Made by a program: the position numbers and the translations under genes. DNA of 64,000 bases from Chlamydiota bacterium (GTDB lineage Bacteria > Chlamydiota > Chlamydiia > Chlamydiales > RGXB01), in assembly GCA_947494155.1 (NCBI GenBank), contig CANLTW010000002.1, positions 142,002-206,001 of the forward strand. The letters are read 5' to 3'. How positions within the stretch are numbered: the first letter of the stretch is position 1; each line of letters starts with the position of its first letter. The notes under the pieces were generated by a model, which saw nothing but the letters and a program-made list of their open reading frames with translations, was not told where the DNA came from and made no database searches. Of the stretch, positions 35,968 through 45,600 are shown piece after piece.

Positions 35968-37935
35968 CTACCTTGAGTTCCATGCATCATATAGTTCGGT
36001 TAAACGAACCACTTCATCTTTTAAAAGCTGATCTGTCGGGTCATCGGGTACAACTCCTAGGTAAGGGAGGAGTTTTTCTCCTATCCTTGAAAAAACGCGC
36101 GCAGAACATTTCCCACCGTAATGGTTATAGCCTAATCCGGGGATGATTTGGTACTGCGGCTCATCTATACCGACAATCATAACGAATTTCGTGTTTTGGA
36201 ACGGAGCAAAACCTATAAAACTTGCATAATGTTTGGTTGCACAATAGGAGCCGTTGACAAGCTTTTCTGTTGTTCCCGATTTCCCCCCCTCAGTGTACCC
36301 TCGAATATTCCCATAGACGGCCGTTCCCCCTTTTTGGGTGGTAAAAACAAGCGCTTTTTTTATCTCGTCCAAATCAAAAGTATTGAGTGGGAGTTTGTGG
36401 GATTTTCTAGTCTCTTGCTCAAAAATAGTTTTTGTGGGATTCGCTATTTTTTGAATCAGAGTCGGTTTTACAAGATATCCACCATTAATAATCGAGGCAA
36501 AGGCGCGTAAAATTTGCACCTGGTTGCACTGCAGGTTATATCCCATAGCCAGAGAAAACGGCGTCGGTACCGACCACTCCAAAAGTCCGCTTTGGTATTT
36601 TTTTCCAATTTCAGGAAGCATTCCCAAATGCTCGCTCGGGAGTTCTATACCACTTTTTTTCCCAAACAAAAATAGATCGCTTAACTGTTTTCTATACCAT
36701 TTTTCCCCAAGATTTTTTATGACCCTTTCGATGAGCCTAGCAACATAAACGTTGGACGATTTTTGTAGAGCCAGACGCATATTTAAAAAACGATGGCTTC
36801 TAACATCCTTGATAGGTTTCAAGCGCCCGGGGAAAGAGGTATCGGTCACATCCATCATTTCAATAGGGGAAAAAAGGGGTGAGCGATTTTTGTCGATCAA
36901 CTCCTGATTCGCCAAAAGAGCCACGAGGGCACTAATGGGCTTCATTATGGACCCAGGCTCAAAAGAATCATTGACTGCTCTTAATCTTGTCGCATCCATT
37001 TTTTTAAAATCATTGTAGTACTCCTCCACCCTACCTGGATGAAAAAAAGGATAACTTGCGATCGCCATGATCTCCCCTGAATGGGGATCCATTATTACAA
37101 CACTCCCCCCTTTGGCTCCAGCAGTCAAGACCCCCTTTTCCAATTCAACCTCAGCAATCGCTTGTACAACCGGATCAATGGTTAATTGGATATCAAATCC
37201 ATCCTTGGCTGGTTCCACTAACTCATCCTGATCGATTTTTTGCCTCGGTGATCTTAGAAGAATTTTTTTCCCCTTCTCCCCCTTTAAAACAGGATCAAAA
37301 AAGAGTTCCAGCCCCCCTGTCGGATACCCTAAACCCCTTTTGCTATCGTAGCGATATGTATGCAAGACCTGACCTAAAGATTCCCCATAAGGATAATGTC
37401 TTTTGTAATCTTGAGTGAAGAAAATCCCCTTTTTTGAGACCCTTGTCAGAGCTACAAACTCTTTGTACCACGATTCGATCGCCTCTTTTTCGGAGCGGGT
37501 TAAAAAACTCAACAATCTCCTCGATCGGGATTTTTTCAAAAGCTCCAGTTTCACCTCGTTAGCATCAAGTCCAAATCTTTTGCTGATCTCGCGGGTAAAT
37601 TTGAGGCGATGCTCTTGAGGTATTAAATAGGGATCAACATGCAGATGATACCGGTACAAATCTATGACAAGAGGTATTGCTGCTTTAGGATTAGAGGGGC
37701 ATAAAGAGCGACCAAAAAAAATTCCCCTTTTACACGGCTCCTCCACAGCCATTTTATGCTGAGTTTTCGCAATTTTAGACCATTTTGCGAATTCGAGGAT
37801 CTGCACTTTATAAAAAGCGAGTATCAGGGAGGAAAAAAGGAGAAAGACACTAAAAGCGAGGATGTTTAAACGAGCAAGGTCTTTGATCTCTATGGGGTTA
37901 GTGTCGGTTCTTTGTTCAGGCTCTTTTCGAGACAT
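35968..37935 (-). CDS. ftsI: Penicillin-binding protein 3 (FtsI)
   Basis: EPGSIMKP (SxxK), KSSN (SxN), GKSGT; dcw-cluster context. Confidence 0.92.
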   Translation of the reverse strand: MSRKEPEQRTDTNPIEIKDLARLNILAFSVFLLFSSLILAFYKVQILEFAKWSKIAKTQHKMAVEEPCKRGIFFGRSLCPSNPKAAIPLVIDLYRYHLHVDPYLIPQEHRLKFTREISKRFGLDANEVKLELLKKSRSRRLLSFLTRSEKEAIESWYKEFVALTRVSKKGIFFTQDYKRHYPYGESLGQVLHTYRYDSKRGLGYPTGGLELFFDPVLKGEKGKKILLRSPRQKIDQDELVEPAKDGFDIQLTIDPVVQAIAEVELEKGVLTAGAKGGSVVIMDPHSGEIMAIASYPFFHPGRVEEYYNDFKKMDATRLRAVNDSFEPGSIMKPISALVALLANQELIDKNRSPLFSPIEMMDVTDTSFPGRLKPIKDVRSHRFLNMRLALQKSSNVYVARLIERVIKNLGEKWYRKQLSDLFLFGKKSGIELPSEHLGMLPEIGKKYQSGLLEWSVPTPFSLAMGYNLQCNQVQILRAFASIINGGYLVKPTLIQKIANPTKTIFEQETRKSHKLPLNTFDLDEIKKALVFTTQKGGTAVYGNIRGYTEGGKSGTTEKLVNGSYCATKHYASFIGFAPFQNTKFVMIVGIDEPQYQIIPGLGYNHYGGKCSARVFSRIGEKLLPYLGVVPDDPTDQLLKDEVVRLTELYDAWNSR

Positions 37936-38207
37936 GTTAGGTCTATCGTAAATATAAGGTCAGCAGTGGGTATGTAATAGGCTTTTTGCGATTCTAAAAG
38001 ATGCACAAATAATTTTGGGGATCGATAAGATCGCACCGTGTATTCGAGCTCCAAAAGATCCTCTTCAGTCGATTGCAGCTGTTCTATTAACTCGGGAACT
38101 TTCATCCTATTGAAAGTAAGACTATTCATCTCCTTCAAATAGCTGTACACATTCCAACCTAATGAGGAAAACACAAGGCTTAGCTTTAAAAAAAGATGGC
38201 CTCTCAT
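37890..38207 (-). CDS. ftsL: FtsL-like cell division protein (CT271-like)
   Basis: Single TM segment plus coiled coil, located between rsmH and ftsI. Confidence 0.6.
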   Translation of the reverse strand: MRGHLFLKLSLVFSSLGWNVYSYLKEMNSLTFNRMKVPELIEQLQSTEEDLLELEYTVRSYRSPKLFVHLLESQKAYYIPTADLIFTIDLTCLEKSLNKEPTLTP

Positions 38208-38217
38208 TTTTCTCTTT

Positions 38218-39132
38218 TCAAAACCCTAATCTGGCTAAAACGCGAAGACGTGCCGAGCGGGATCTTGGATTGGATCTCATCTCTTCTTTGGAAGGGAGAA
38301 CAGCCTTTTTTGTGAGTCTCTCAAAAAGAGCTTTTTTCACCACTTGCCCTTTAAAATCTTTTTGGGGTTCTGAGGCATTTCTAAAAATGTTTTTCACAAT
38401 CCTGTCTTCCAAGCTATGAAAAGAAATAACACCGATTTTTCCATTCGGGGATAGGAGATCCATAGCCTTTTTTAGCGCTGTCTCGATCACTTCCAGTTCA
38501 CGATTCACGGCCATTCGAAGCGCTTGGAATACAAGTGTTGCAGGGTGGATTTTCCCAATTTTTGGGATCGCCCTCTCCAAAATTTTCGACAGCTGGGTTG
38601 TAGTTTCAATAGATCCAGCTCTTCTTGCATCAATAATCGATTTCGCAGCCCGCCGATAAAAAGGCTCTTCACCATTTTTAAATAGGTCTACTAGCTGCTC
38701 CAAGGACCAGCTATTCACTATAGTGTGTGCTGACGTCTCTTGATTAACATCCATTCTCATGTCGAGCTTTGCCTCTTTTTGAAAGCTAAAGCCACGCTCT
38801 TGTTGATCGAGTTGCATAGAGGAAACTCCTAGATCAAATAAAAAACCATCCACTTTTTCCGCATGAGCCTCTTTGGCAAAGCGGTCTAGATTGGAAAAAT
38901 TTCCTTGGAACCAACGAATTTTTTTCTCGTAGGGCTTGAGTGTCTTATGAGCAATTTCTAAAGCATGGGGGTCTTGATCGCACGCCATGTAGAGATCAAT
39001 TTCGGGATGTTGGTGAAGAATATGGGATGCGTGTCCGCCAGCTCCCACAGTTCCTTCAAAGAAATTCTTGAGTGTACCCTCGAAATAGTGTAACACTTCT
39101 TTTAATAAAACGGGTGTGTGGGGCTCTTTCAT
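38218..39132 (-). CDS. rsmH: 16S rRNA m4C1402 methyltransferase RsmH (MraW)
   Basis: HTPVLL, GAGGH, DLGVSSMQLD, HPATLVFQALRMAVN, ISFHSLEDRIVK, NPRSRSARLR. Confidence 0.97.
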   Translation of the reverse strand: MKEPHTPVLLKEVLHYFEGTLKNFFEGTVGAGGHASHILHQHPEIDLYMACDQDPHALEIAHKTLKPYEKKIRWFQGNFSNLDRFAKEAHAEKVDGFLFDLGVSSMQLDQQERGFSFQKEAKLDMRMDVNQETSAHTIVNSWSLEQLVDLFKNGEEPFYRRAAKSIIDARRAGSIETTTQLSKILERAIPKIGKIHPATLVFQALRMAVNRELEVIETALKKAMDLLSPNGKIGVISFHSLEDRIVKNIFRNASEPQKDFKGQVVKKALFERLTKKAVLPSKEEMRSNPRSRSARLRVLARLGF

Positions 39133-39617
39133 AGGACAATCTCCTCTTCTTGCTCTGAATCATTAAAGATCTCCTCCATCAACGAGGCCATATCGATTGC
39201 ATCCCCTTTAGGCTGTAAAAGGGCGGCCATCTCGTTTTGGTGAGCCTCTTTTGACCAGATTTCGATCCTGTCGATCACACCTACAAGAACCACTTCAGAT
39301 TTAATCTTAGCGGCATCTTTGAGGTGTTGAGGTATCATGAAACGCCCCACTTTATCACAACCGGTTGTAAAGAGGGTTGCGAAAAAGAGGGTAAAAAATT
39401 TGCGGTACTTTGCAATGTGCTGTTTGGCTTTGAATTTTTCTACAATCCGATCCATTTCACTTTTTTTGTAAATGGTCAAACAGCCGTGAGATCCTAAAGC
39501 GATGACAAACTCCAACTCGCCGTTTTCGACAAGTCCGTAGCGAAGCTCTTGAGCAAGAACCATCCGGTTCTTGTCATCCAGCTTTCCCGAGTATGAGCCG
39601 CTTAAATAAAATCCCAT
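39129..39617 (-). CDS. mraZ: Transcriptional regulator MraZ
   Basis: LDDKNR and CDKVGR (DxxxR repeats), VGVIDRIEIW; upstream of rsmH. Confidence 0.9.
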   Translation of the reverse strand: MGFYLSGSYSGKLDDKNRMVLAQELRYGLVENGELEFVIALGSHGCLTIYKKSEMDRIVEKFKAKQHIAKYRKFFTLFFATLFTTGCDKVGRFMIPQHLKDAAKIKSEVVLVGVIDRIEIWSKEAHQNEMAALLQPKGDAIDMASLMEEIFNDSEQEEEIVL

Positions 39618-39645
39618 AATCCCACGATTTCCCACATCCTACCAC
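39612..39645 (-). promoter_or_regulatory. MraZ-box array (10-bp periodic GTGG repeats)
   Basis: Minus strand GTGGTAGGAT-GTGGGAAATC-GTGGGATTAT-GGGA running into the mraZ start codon. Confidence 0.8.
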
Positions 39646-39727
39646 TTTGAAGTCGATTTATTCAAGAATTGGATTTAAAAACGTTGTAAAAATTTTTTAA
39701 ACAGTTCAGCATCAATGACTTGCGATA

Positions 39728-39749
39728 GTGGGAAAACGTGGGAAAACGT
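39728..39749 (+). promoter_or_regulatory. Second, oppositely oriented MraZ-box-like repeat
   Basis: GTGGGAAAAC-GTGGGAAAAC-GT on the plus strand. Confidence 0.55.
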
Positions 39750-39858
39750 CCCAATAACCCCCAGTTTATTCCAAAAAATAGAAAAAAGAATTTTTGTCTG
39801 TTTTTTTCTCTTTAAAAACACTTGGGGGAAAAATTCCAAGTAGTTTATGGGAAGAATC

Positions 39859-40296
39859 ATGGACGAAAAACTCACAATTTCCGATTTTGGAATTGATCAA
39901 TCGCAACAGTTTGAAGAAAACAGACAATTAGCGCCAGAACAATTCTTCTCTGAAGCGCAATCCATCTACAATAAAAGTTCCATCCCCATCAACAAAGGGG
40001 TTTATCTTTCAGAATTAGATACTCTTTTCAATACCCACAGCTTTAACCGCCCTTTTGCTGATATTTCCTTTCCCAATAGGATTAAAGAGGCCTTTTTTTC
40101 TCTAACAAGCGCTCAATCTATGAAAACAATCAACAATATTGATATGATAGACCGCATGAGGGACAAAATCAGCAGTGCCAATGACTCTTCAGCCCCGCAA
40201 AAAGAGGATCTTTTACAAACATTCGATCTAGTAAAAAATTATTTAAAAGACTCCCAATACATTAAGAATGCTGTCGTAAGTATAGGGAGAGGCTAA
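39859..40296 (+). CDS. Conserved chlamydial hypothetical protein (CT273-like)
   Basis: Position between the mraZ/rsmH block and the TPR gene/dnaA matches recalled chlamydial synteny; translationally coupled to the next gene. Confidence 0.6.
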   Translation: MDEKLTISDFGIDQSQQFEENRQLAPEQFFSEAQSIYNKSSIPINKGVYLSELDTLFNTHSFNRPFADISFPNRIKEAFFSLTSAQSMKTINNIDMIDRMRDKISSANDSSAPQKEDLLQTFDLVKNYLKDSQYIKNAVVSIGRG

Positions 40297-40688
40297 TGGC
40301 TGATAACTGGCTTGAAAAACTGGGACTAAGCGACAATGAGCTAGATGATTTACGGGTTCTAGCATTTAGCTACATTCGTCAAGGGCATTACAAGACTGCT
40401 CTGAAAATCTACAAAGGGATTGTCATACTTAGTAACAAATCACCCGAGGACCTGGAAACTCTTGGGGCGCTTCTTTTGGAGATCGGGGAACCCAAAGAGG
40501 CTATAGATCCTCTTGAAAAGGCTTTAAAAATCCACAAAGATCATCTTAAAACTCGCTTAAATTATGCCAAAGCGTTATTGCTCTCTGGCTATAGACAAAG
40601 GGGCGTTCAAGAGTGTATTGAACTAATGCGCTGCAAAGATCCTGCGGTTTCTCTTGATGCAGAAGCGTTAAAACTCGCCTATTCATAA
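40296..40688 (+). CDS. TPR protein, T3SS chaperone-like (CT274-like)
   Basis: LRVLAFSYIRQGHY..AL, TLGALLLEIG, LNYAKALLLSGY, AEAL.LAYS. Confidence 0.75.
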   Translation: MADNWLEKLGLSDNELDDLRVLAFSYIRQGHYKTALKIYKGIVILSNKSPEDLETLGALLLEIGEPKEAIDPLEKALKIHKDHLKTRLNYAKALLLSGYRQRGVQECIELMRCKDPAVSLDAEALKLAYS

Positions 40689-40803
40689 TTTGTTCAAAAA
40701 TAGAACATAAAAGCTTTTTTCGACTCATTTGAAACAAAGAAAAAAGGTTGCCTTCTATCGAGAAACGGTGGTAAAGTTGAACTATTCCCCAAAAATAAAC
40801 ACA

Positions 40804-40834
40804 TGTGGAAAAACTGTTTATAAACTGTTGAAAA
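40804..40834 (-). promoter_or_regulatory. Three DnaA-box-like 9-mers upstream of dnaA
   Basis: TGTGGAAAA, TGTTTATAA and TGTTGAAAA at 11-bp period (consensus reverse complement TGTGGATAA). Confidence 0.65.
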
Positions 40835-40845
40835 AAGGTTCTTTA

Positions 40846-42186
40846 ATGTTGACACTCAACCTTGAATCTCTTTGGTCTGAATTTCTTGATTTCGTAAAAA
40901 CGAAACAGAGCATTGTTGAGTATACAAACTGGCTTGCCCCCATCCGCATTCTAAAAAGCACCGAAAAAGGGCTTGTGCTAGGGGTTCCGAACATTTTTGT
41001 GCAAGAGTACCTTTTAGAAAATTATGCAAAAGAGCTTGCAAATTTTTTTCCTCCGGACAACAGTGGTAATCTTCCGCTCTTTTTTATTATCGAAGAGGCA
41101 CAGGATGAGAAACCAGAAGTTGTGGAAGAGGCCCCCTTACCTGTCCAAGAGCGCGATACGGTTTTTGAGCTACGCCTTAACCGCAATTACACTTTCGAAG
41201 ATTTTATTGAAGGCCCCTCAAATCAATTTGTGAAATCGGCCGCTATTGGTGTCGCAATGCGCCCTGGAAAAACGTACAATCCCCTTTTCATCCACGGTGG
41301 AGTTGGTCTGGGAAAAACCCATCTACTCCACAGTATTGGCCACTTTATCCATCAAAATAACAAGAAGCTCAAGATTCAATGCATCACAACAGAAGGGTTT
41401 ATCAACGATTTGGTCGAACATTTAAAATCGAAATCGATTGACCAGATGAAACGCTTTTACCGCTCGTTGGATGTGCTATTAGTCGACGATATCCAGTTTT
41501 TGCAGGGAAGACAAAATTTTGAAGAGGAGTTCTCACAAACATTTGAAGCACTCATCAATCAGGGAAAACAGATAGTGATCACCTCCGATAAACCTCCAAG
41601 CCAGCTGCGTCTTTCCGAGCGATTAACCGCCCGCATGGAATGGGGTTTGGTGGCGAATATCGGCGTTCCTGATCTTGAAACCCGCGTGGCAATCGTCCAG
41701 CATAAAGCAGATAAAAAGGGGCTTAAAATCCCTAATCCAATCGCTTTTTTTATTGCCGAACATGTCTTTTCCAACGTACGCCAACTTGAAGGGGCTATCA
41801 ATCGCTTAGGCGCTTATTGCCGTATGTGCGGGATGGATATCACTCAAGAGGTGGTGGAAAAAACCCTTTCCGAGATGTTGCAATTTGTCCCTAAAAAGCG
41901 CATCACTGTTGATAGTATTCTAAAAAGCGTCGCCTCGATGTTCAATGTGCGTGTAAACGACCTCAAAAGCACGAGTCGCACAAAAGAGATCGCATTCCCC
42001 CGTCAGGTAGCGATGTACCTGGCCAAGGAACTCATCAATGACTCGTTGGTAAAACTCGCCTCCTCCTTTGGTGGAAAGACCCACTCAACACTGATCCACT
42101 CTTGGACGAAAATCAAAAAGCAGATGGAAAATGACGAGAAATTGCGTCGTCAAATCATCATGACTAAACAGAATCTAGAGATATGA
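40846..42186 (+). CDS. dnaA: Chromosomal replication initiator DnaA
   Basis: YNPLFIHGGVGLGKTHL, LLVDDIQFL, NVRQLEGA, PRQVAMYL, GGKTHST; start at MLTLNL. Confidence 0.97.
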   Translation: MLTLNLESLWSEFLDFVKTKQSIVEYTNWLAPIRILKSTEKGLVLGVPNIFVQEYLLENYAKELANFFPPDNSGNLPLFFIIEEAQDEKPEVVEEAPLPVQERDTVFELRLNRNYTFEDFIEGPSNQFVKSAAIGVAMRPGKTYNPLFIHGGVGLGKTHLLHSIGHFIHQNNKKLKIQCITTEGFINDLVEHLKSKSIDQMKRFYRSLDVLLVDDIQFLQGRQNFEEEFSQTFEALINQGKQIVITSDKPPSQLRLSERLTARMEWGLVANIGVPDLETRVAIVQHKADKKGLKIPNPIAFFIAEHVFSNVRQLEGAINRLGAYCRMCGMDITQEVVEKTLSEMLQFVPKKRITVDSILKSVASMFNVRVNDLKSTSRTKEIAFPRQVAMYLAKELINDSLVKLASSFGGKTHSTLIHSWTKIKKQMENDEKLRRQIIMTKQNLEI

Positions 42187-42675
42187 TTTAGCTTGTCTCT
42201 GTTTTTGAAGAAACAGGGAAAAGTAATAGAGTTTTCTAGGGATGTTTCGTAGGTCAAGAGCCCCTTTTTCCTCCCCAACCTCAACTAAAAGGTATACTTT
42301 TGAAGACAAATGTTTTTGCTTCAATTGCGACCAAAGTGAACAACGGCTTTGCTCTACCTTCCATCCAAAAATCTTCGCAACATTTTTTGACGGATTCCAT
42401 AGAGGCCCTTTCTTGTCTACCAGTAGAACCTCTACATCTTGAAATTTCGCGTGGGATAGACACAGTAACAGAAGAGAGGTAAGCCACTCTTGGCAAGCTA
42501 GAGGATTTTGGTAAATTTTTTGGATTAAGATAGAATTTTCGAGGGCCCACTCCACACCTGGGGGATCTAAAGAGAGAGAAAACAGGTTCTCGCAAAGACA
42601 ACACAGTAACCTCTCCTCTAACTTTTGCTCACAACCCAAACATCTTTTAGGATAGATAAAATCAAAAACATTCAA
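42175..42675 (-). CDS. Degenerate ComF-like protein (double zinc ribbon N-terminus)
   Basis: FDFIYPKRCLGC...CCLC; the PRPP-binding motif is not recognisable. Confidence 0.55.
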   Translation of the reverse strand: MNVFDFIYPKRCLGCEQKLEERLLCCLCENLFSLSLDPPGVEWALENSILIQKIYQNPLACQEWLTSLLLLCLSHAKFQDVEVLLVDKKGPLWNPSKNVAKIFGWKVEQSRCSLWSQLKQKHLSSKVYLLVEVGEEKGALDLRNIPRKLYYFSLFLQKQRQAKSYL

Positions 42676-42697
42676 TGGTTGAATGATAAAGGAAAGT

Positions 42698-45600
42698 TTA
42701 CTTTAATTTAAAGATTGGATTAGCAATATCTCCATCGATTGCAATCATAAAAGGTTCGGTCAATTTTAAAATAACCGACTGCTTCATCCTGAGTCGAACA
42801 AAAAGTTTTCCATCAAGGCCGATGTAGGAGAGGTTTTTTGGATCCAAAAAAAATGAGGAGCGGTGACTCTCTGAAAAAGAGCGTTTAAGGCGATCAAAAT
42901 ATATTTTATCCTTATCCAGGGAGAATTCCAAGTGGCCGCAAACCGGAACAAGAAGGCTTGGATCTAAACCCAGTACACCTAAAATATCCCAGGGTAGATC
43001 GGTAAGATTTTTTTTACGATATTCCCGATTGATGAAATAAAGCTCCCCTTTCCCTTTACACTCTAGCTTATTGGCATACTGCATCCAAAGTGAGGGTATG
43101 ACTAGTTCTTTGATCACAAACGGGTCATCTGGTTTAGATCCCGATACGCTTTTCATAGCCGACGGACGAAAATCTAAAAGGCGAATTCCCTCGATAAGAG
43201 CCTCTTTTTGGTTCAAAAGTACATCGCAATGATCCATCTCTAATTCATACGCAGCGTCGACCAGATGTATTTTTGAGAGGTTGAGCTGACCCTCCTCGTA
43301 GTTTACTTCAAAAGAGAGGTTTCTACAAAAAATCCCCTCAAGCCTATTGTTTTTACCCATGACATTCCCTTTAAAAGCCCATTTCATTTCTGCTCTGGGA
43401 AAAATATCGAGTATTCCATTTAGCCGAATCGGTTTTTCGATTTTACATGGGTTATTAAAAGGGATTTTGAAGGTTTTCAGACCACTTTCAAAAAGATAGG
43501 GGTCCAACGTCCAAGAACCCAAAAGGGAGATCTTCTCTTTTTCTACCGATTTTTTACAGGGTGCACAATTCCAAATAAGACCTATTAGATCCCCTTTGGA
43601 CTCATGAACTCTCCAACCCTCCTCAGGATGGTTTTCTACTGTAATAAAAGCTTTACCCAGATCGGTCTCTATGCTGCAATGGATCCGTTCATACCCTCTC
43701 TTGAGAGTTTTTAAGGCAGTTTTAAAGTGCAAACGGTCCAACATCCCCTCCATTTGCGCTTTGAAACCCTCTTTGGTAAATACTCCCCCAATCTGATGCA
43801 TCTGGATATTTTGGCCAAAAACCAGCCCGCTAAAAGGGGTCATCTTCAATTCAAGAAAGCTCTCTTTAGGGTTGTGTTCCCCCTTAACCCAACCGCTCAA
43901 AGGTGTTTTAAACATCAGCCATGTGGGGGGTTCTAGGTCTAATTTTGAGCTTTTCAATTGGATATTTTGAGAAAAAAGATCGATCGAAACGTTACTTAAG
44001 TAAAAGCGATGGGACTGATCGATCAAGTACGATCCATTGGTAAACTTGATACAAAAACCGTCAAATTTACAACAAGAGGGATCGATTGAATGAAAAGAAA
44101 CTCCTCTGAACCTTCCTGAGTAAATGTTAAGATTCCCTTTATCGATTCCTAGCTCTAGATCTGTTTCAGGACCATGAAGCTTAATGGAGGGTGTCGATAA
44201 CTCCAAACTGGTTAAATCGAGATGTATATCATCAAAAAGAGTGGTATACCCCTCGAAGTTTACCCCCCCTTTTTTCAATGTGAGAATCTCCTTTTCTTTG
44301 ATGAAATTCCACTCTTGATGGTCAGCTTTAATTGTTGCAGCCAAGAAATTGCCAAAATCTTTGAAGCCAAAAAAACATTCGAATTGCTCAAGATTTTTTA
44401 ATGGATCAAGCCGCAAAAGGGTCAAAACAGCATCGAGATCTTCTTTGGATAGACATAAAGCTACTCCCCCCTCGCCTTTTCCCCCGATAATCTGTTTGAA
44501 AGGGCGGTGGAAGAGGTGATTTTTATCCGGGTCAAAGGAGATAAACTGATTTTCAATTTGCCCTGAAAAGCGGAGCCAGTCCACCGATTCCTCTTTCAAA
44601 GAGAGGTCAAAGCGGGTGATTTGAGACCAAGTGGAGTGGAAAAAGGCGCAATCCATTGTTGCATGCGGGGAATCTTTTCTTCCTAGTTGAGCCTCTTTCA
44701 CCATTAAATCGATCTCATAATCTAGATCTCCCCCTTCAACTAAATCGGCCCGCAATCGGAAACCCTTAGAATCCAAAGCAACCTCCCCATGTATGAATGG
44801 ATCTACAGGGTGGAGCCAATCGGAAAAATTTTGTAGAGGACCCTTGGCGCTGTCAACCTCAAGTTCTAACCGTCGTCCTCCTGTACTGATTGGTTTGAGA
44901 TGCAATCTTCCCTTAAGCTGAGTCTCTTTGAAATAGGTGGTAATCTCATCCAAATAGACCTCTTCATTGAAGATGCTTATCCTAGAATTGAGATCAGAGA
45001 AGATCAGCGGGGAATCGGTAACATGGGAGATCTCTAAATTTCCGTTTTGACATTGCAAAATACCCTGTACATTTTGATCCTCTAAAATCAAAAAATCGGC
45101 GTGGAGCGGCTGATTTGTAAGGATAAATTCCACATTTTCATCAATGAAGGTCAGATCGGAGGAGGAGAGGTGGATCTTAGTGCAATTCTTTTCTATTTGC
45201 CCATAGACATCCGCCACCCCCTTTAGTACCCAACCGTCTCTATAGGGGGTTAAGAGGGCATTGAGGAGCAAAGAAGAGAGATGCGCTCCCGAAATATCTA
45301 TTTTCTCCTCTTGAATGTGAAGATCGACAATCCCCTTTGAGGTTTTATCCAAAATCTGACACTGAAGAATTTTACTGTCGCTATAACTTCCAGAAATTGC
45401 GAGAGGAACCGCCGGCTGGCCATAAAAGCTCACCCGAGCATCCCCCTCCATGTTTTCTGCACTAATCGATATGAGATGGCCGTTTTCCCAAACCCCTTTA
45501 ATTTCAAATTTTGCCTTCAGCTCTTCTACATGAATCAGGTCAAGCTCTAGAATATTGGGCTTAAATAACTGCTTAAAAGCATGGAGCTCGCTCTCCACAA

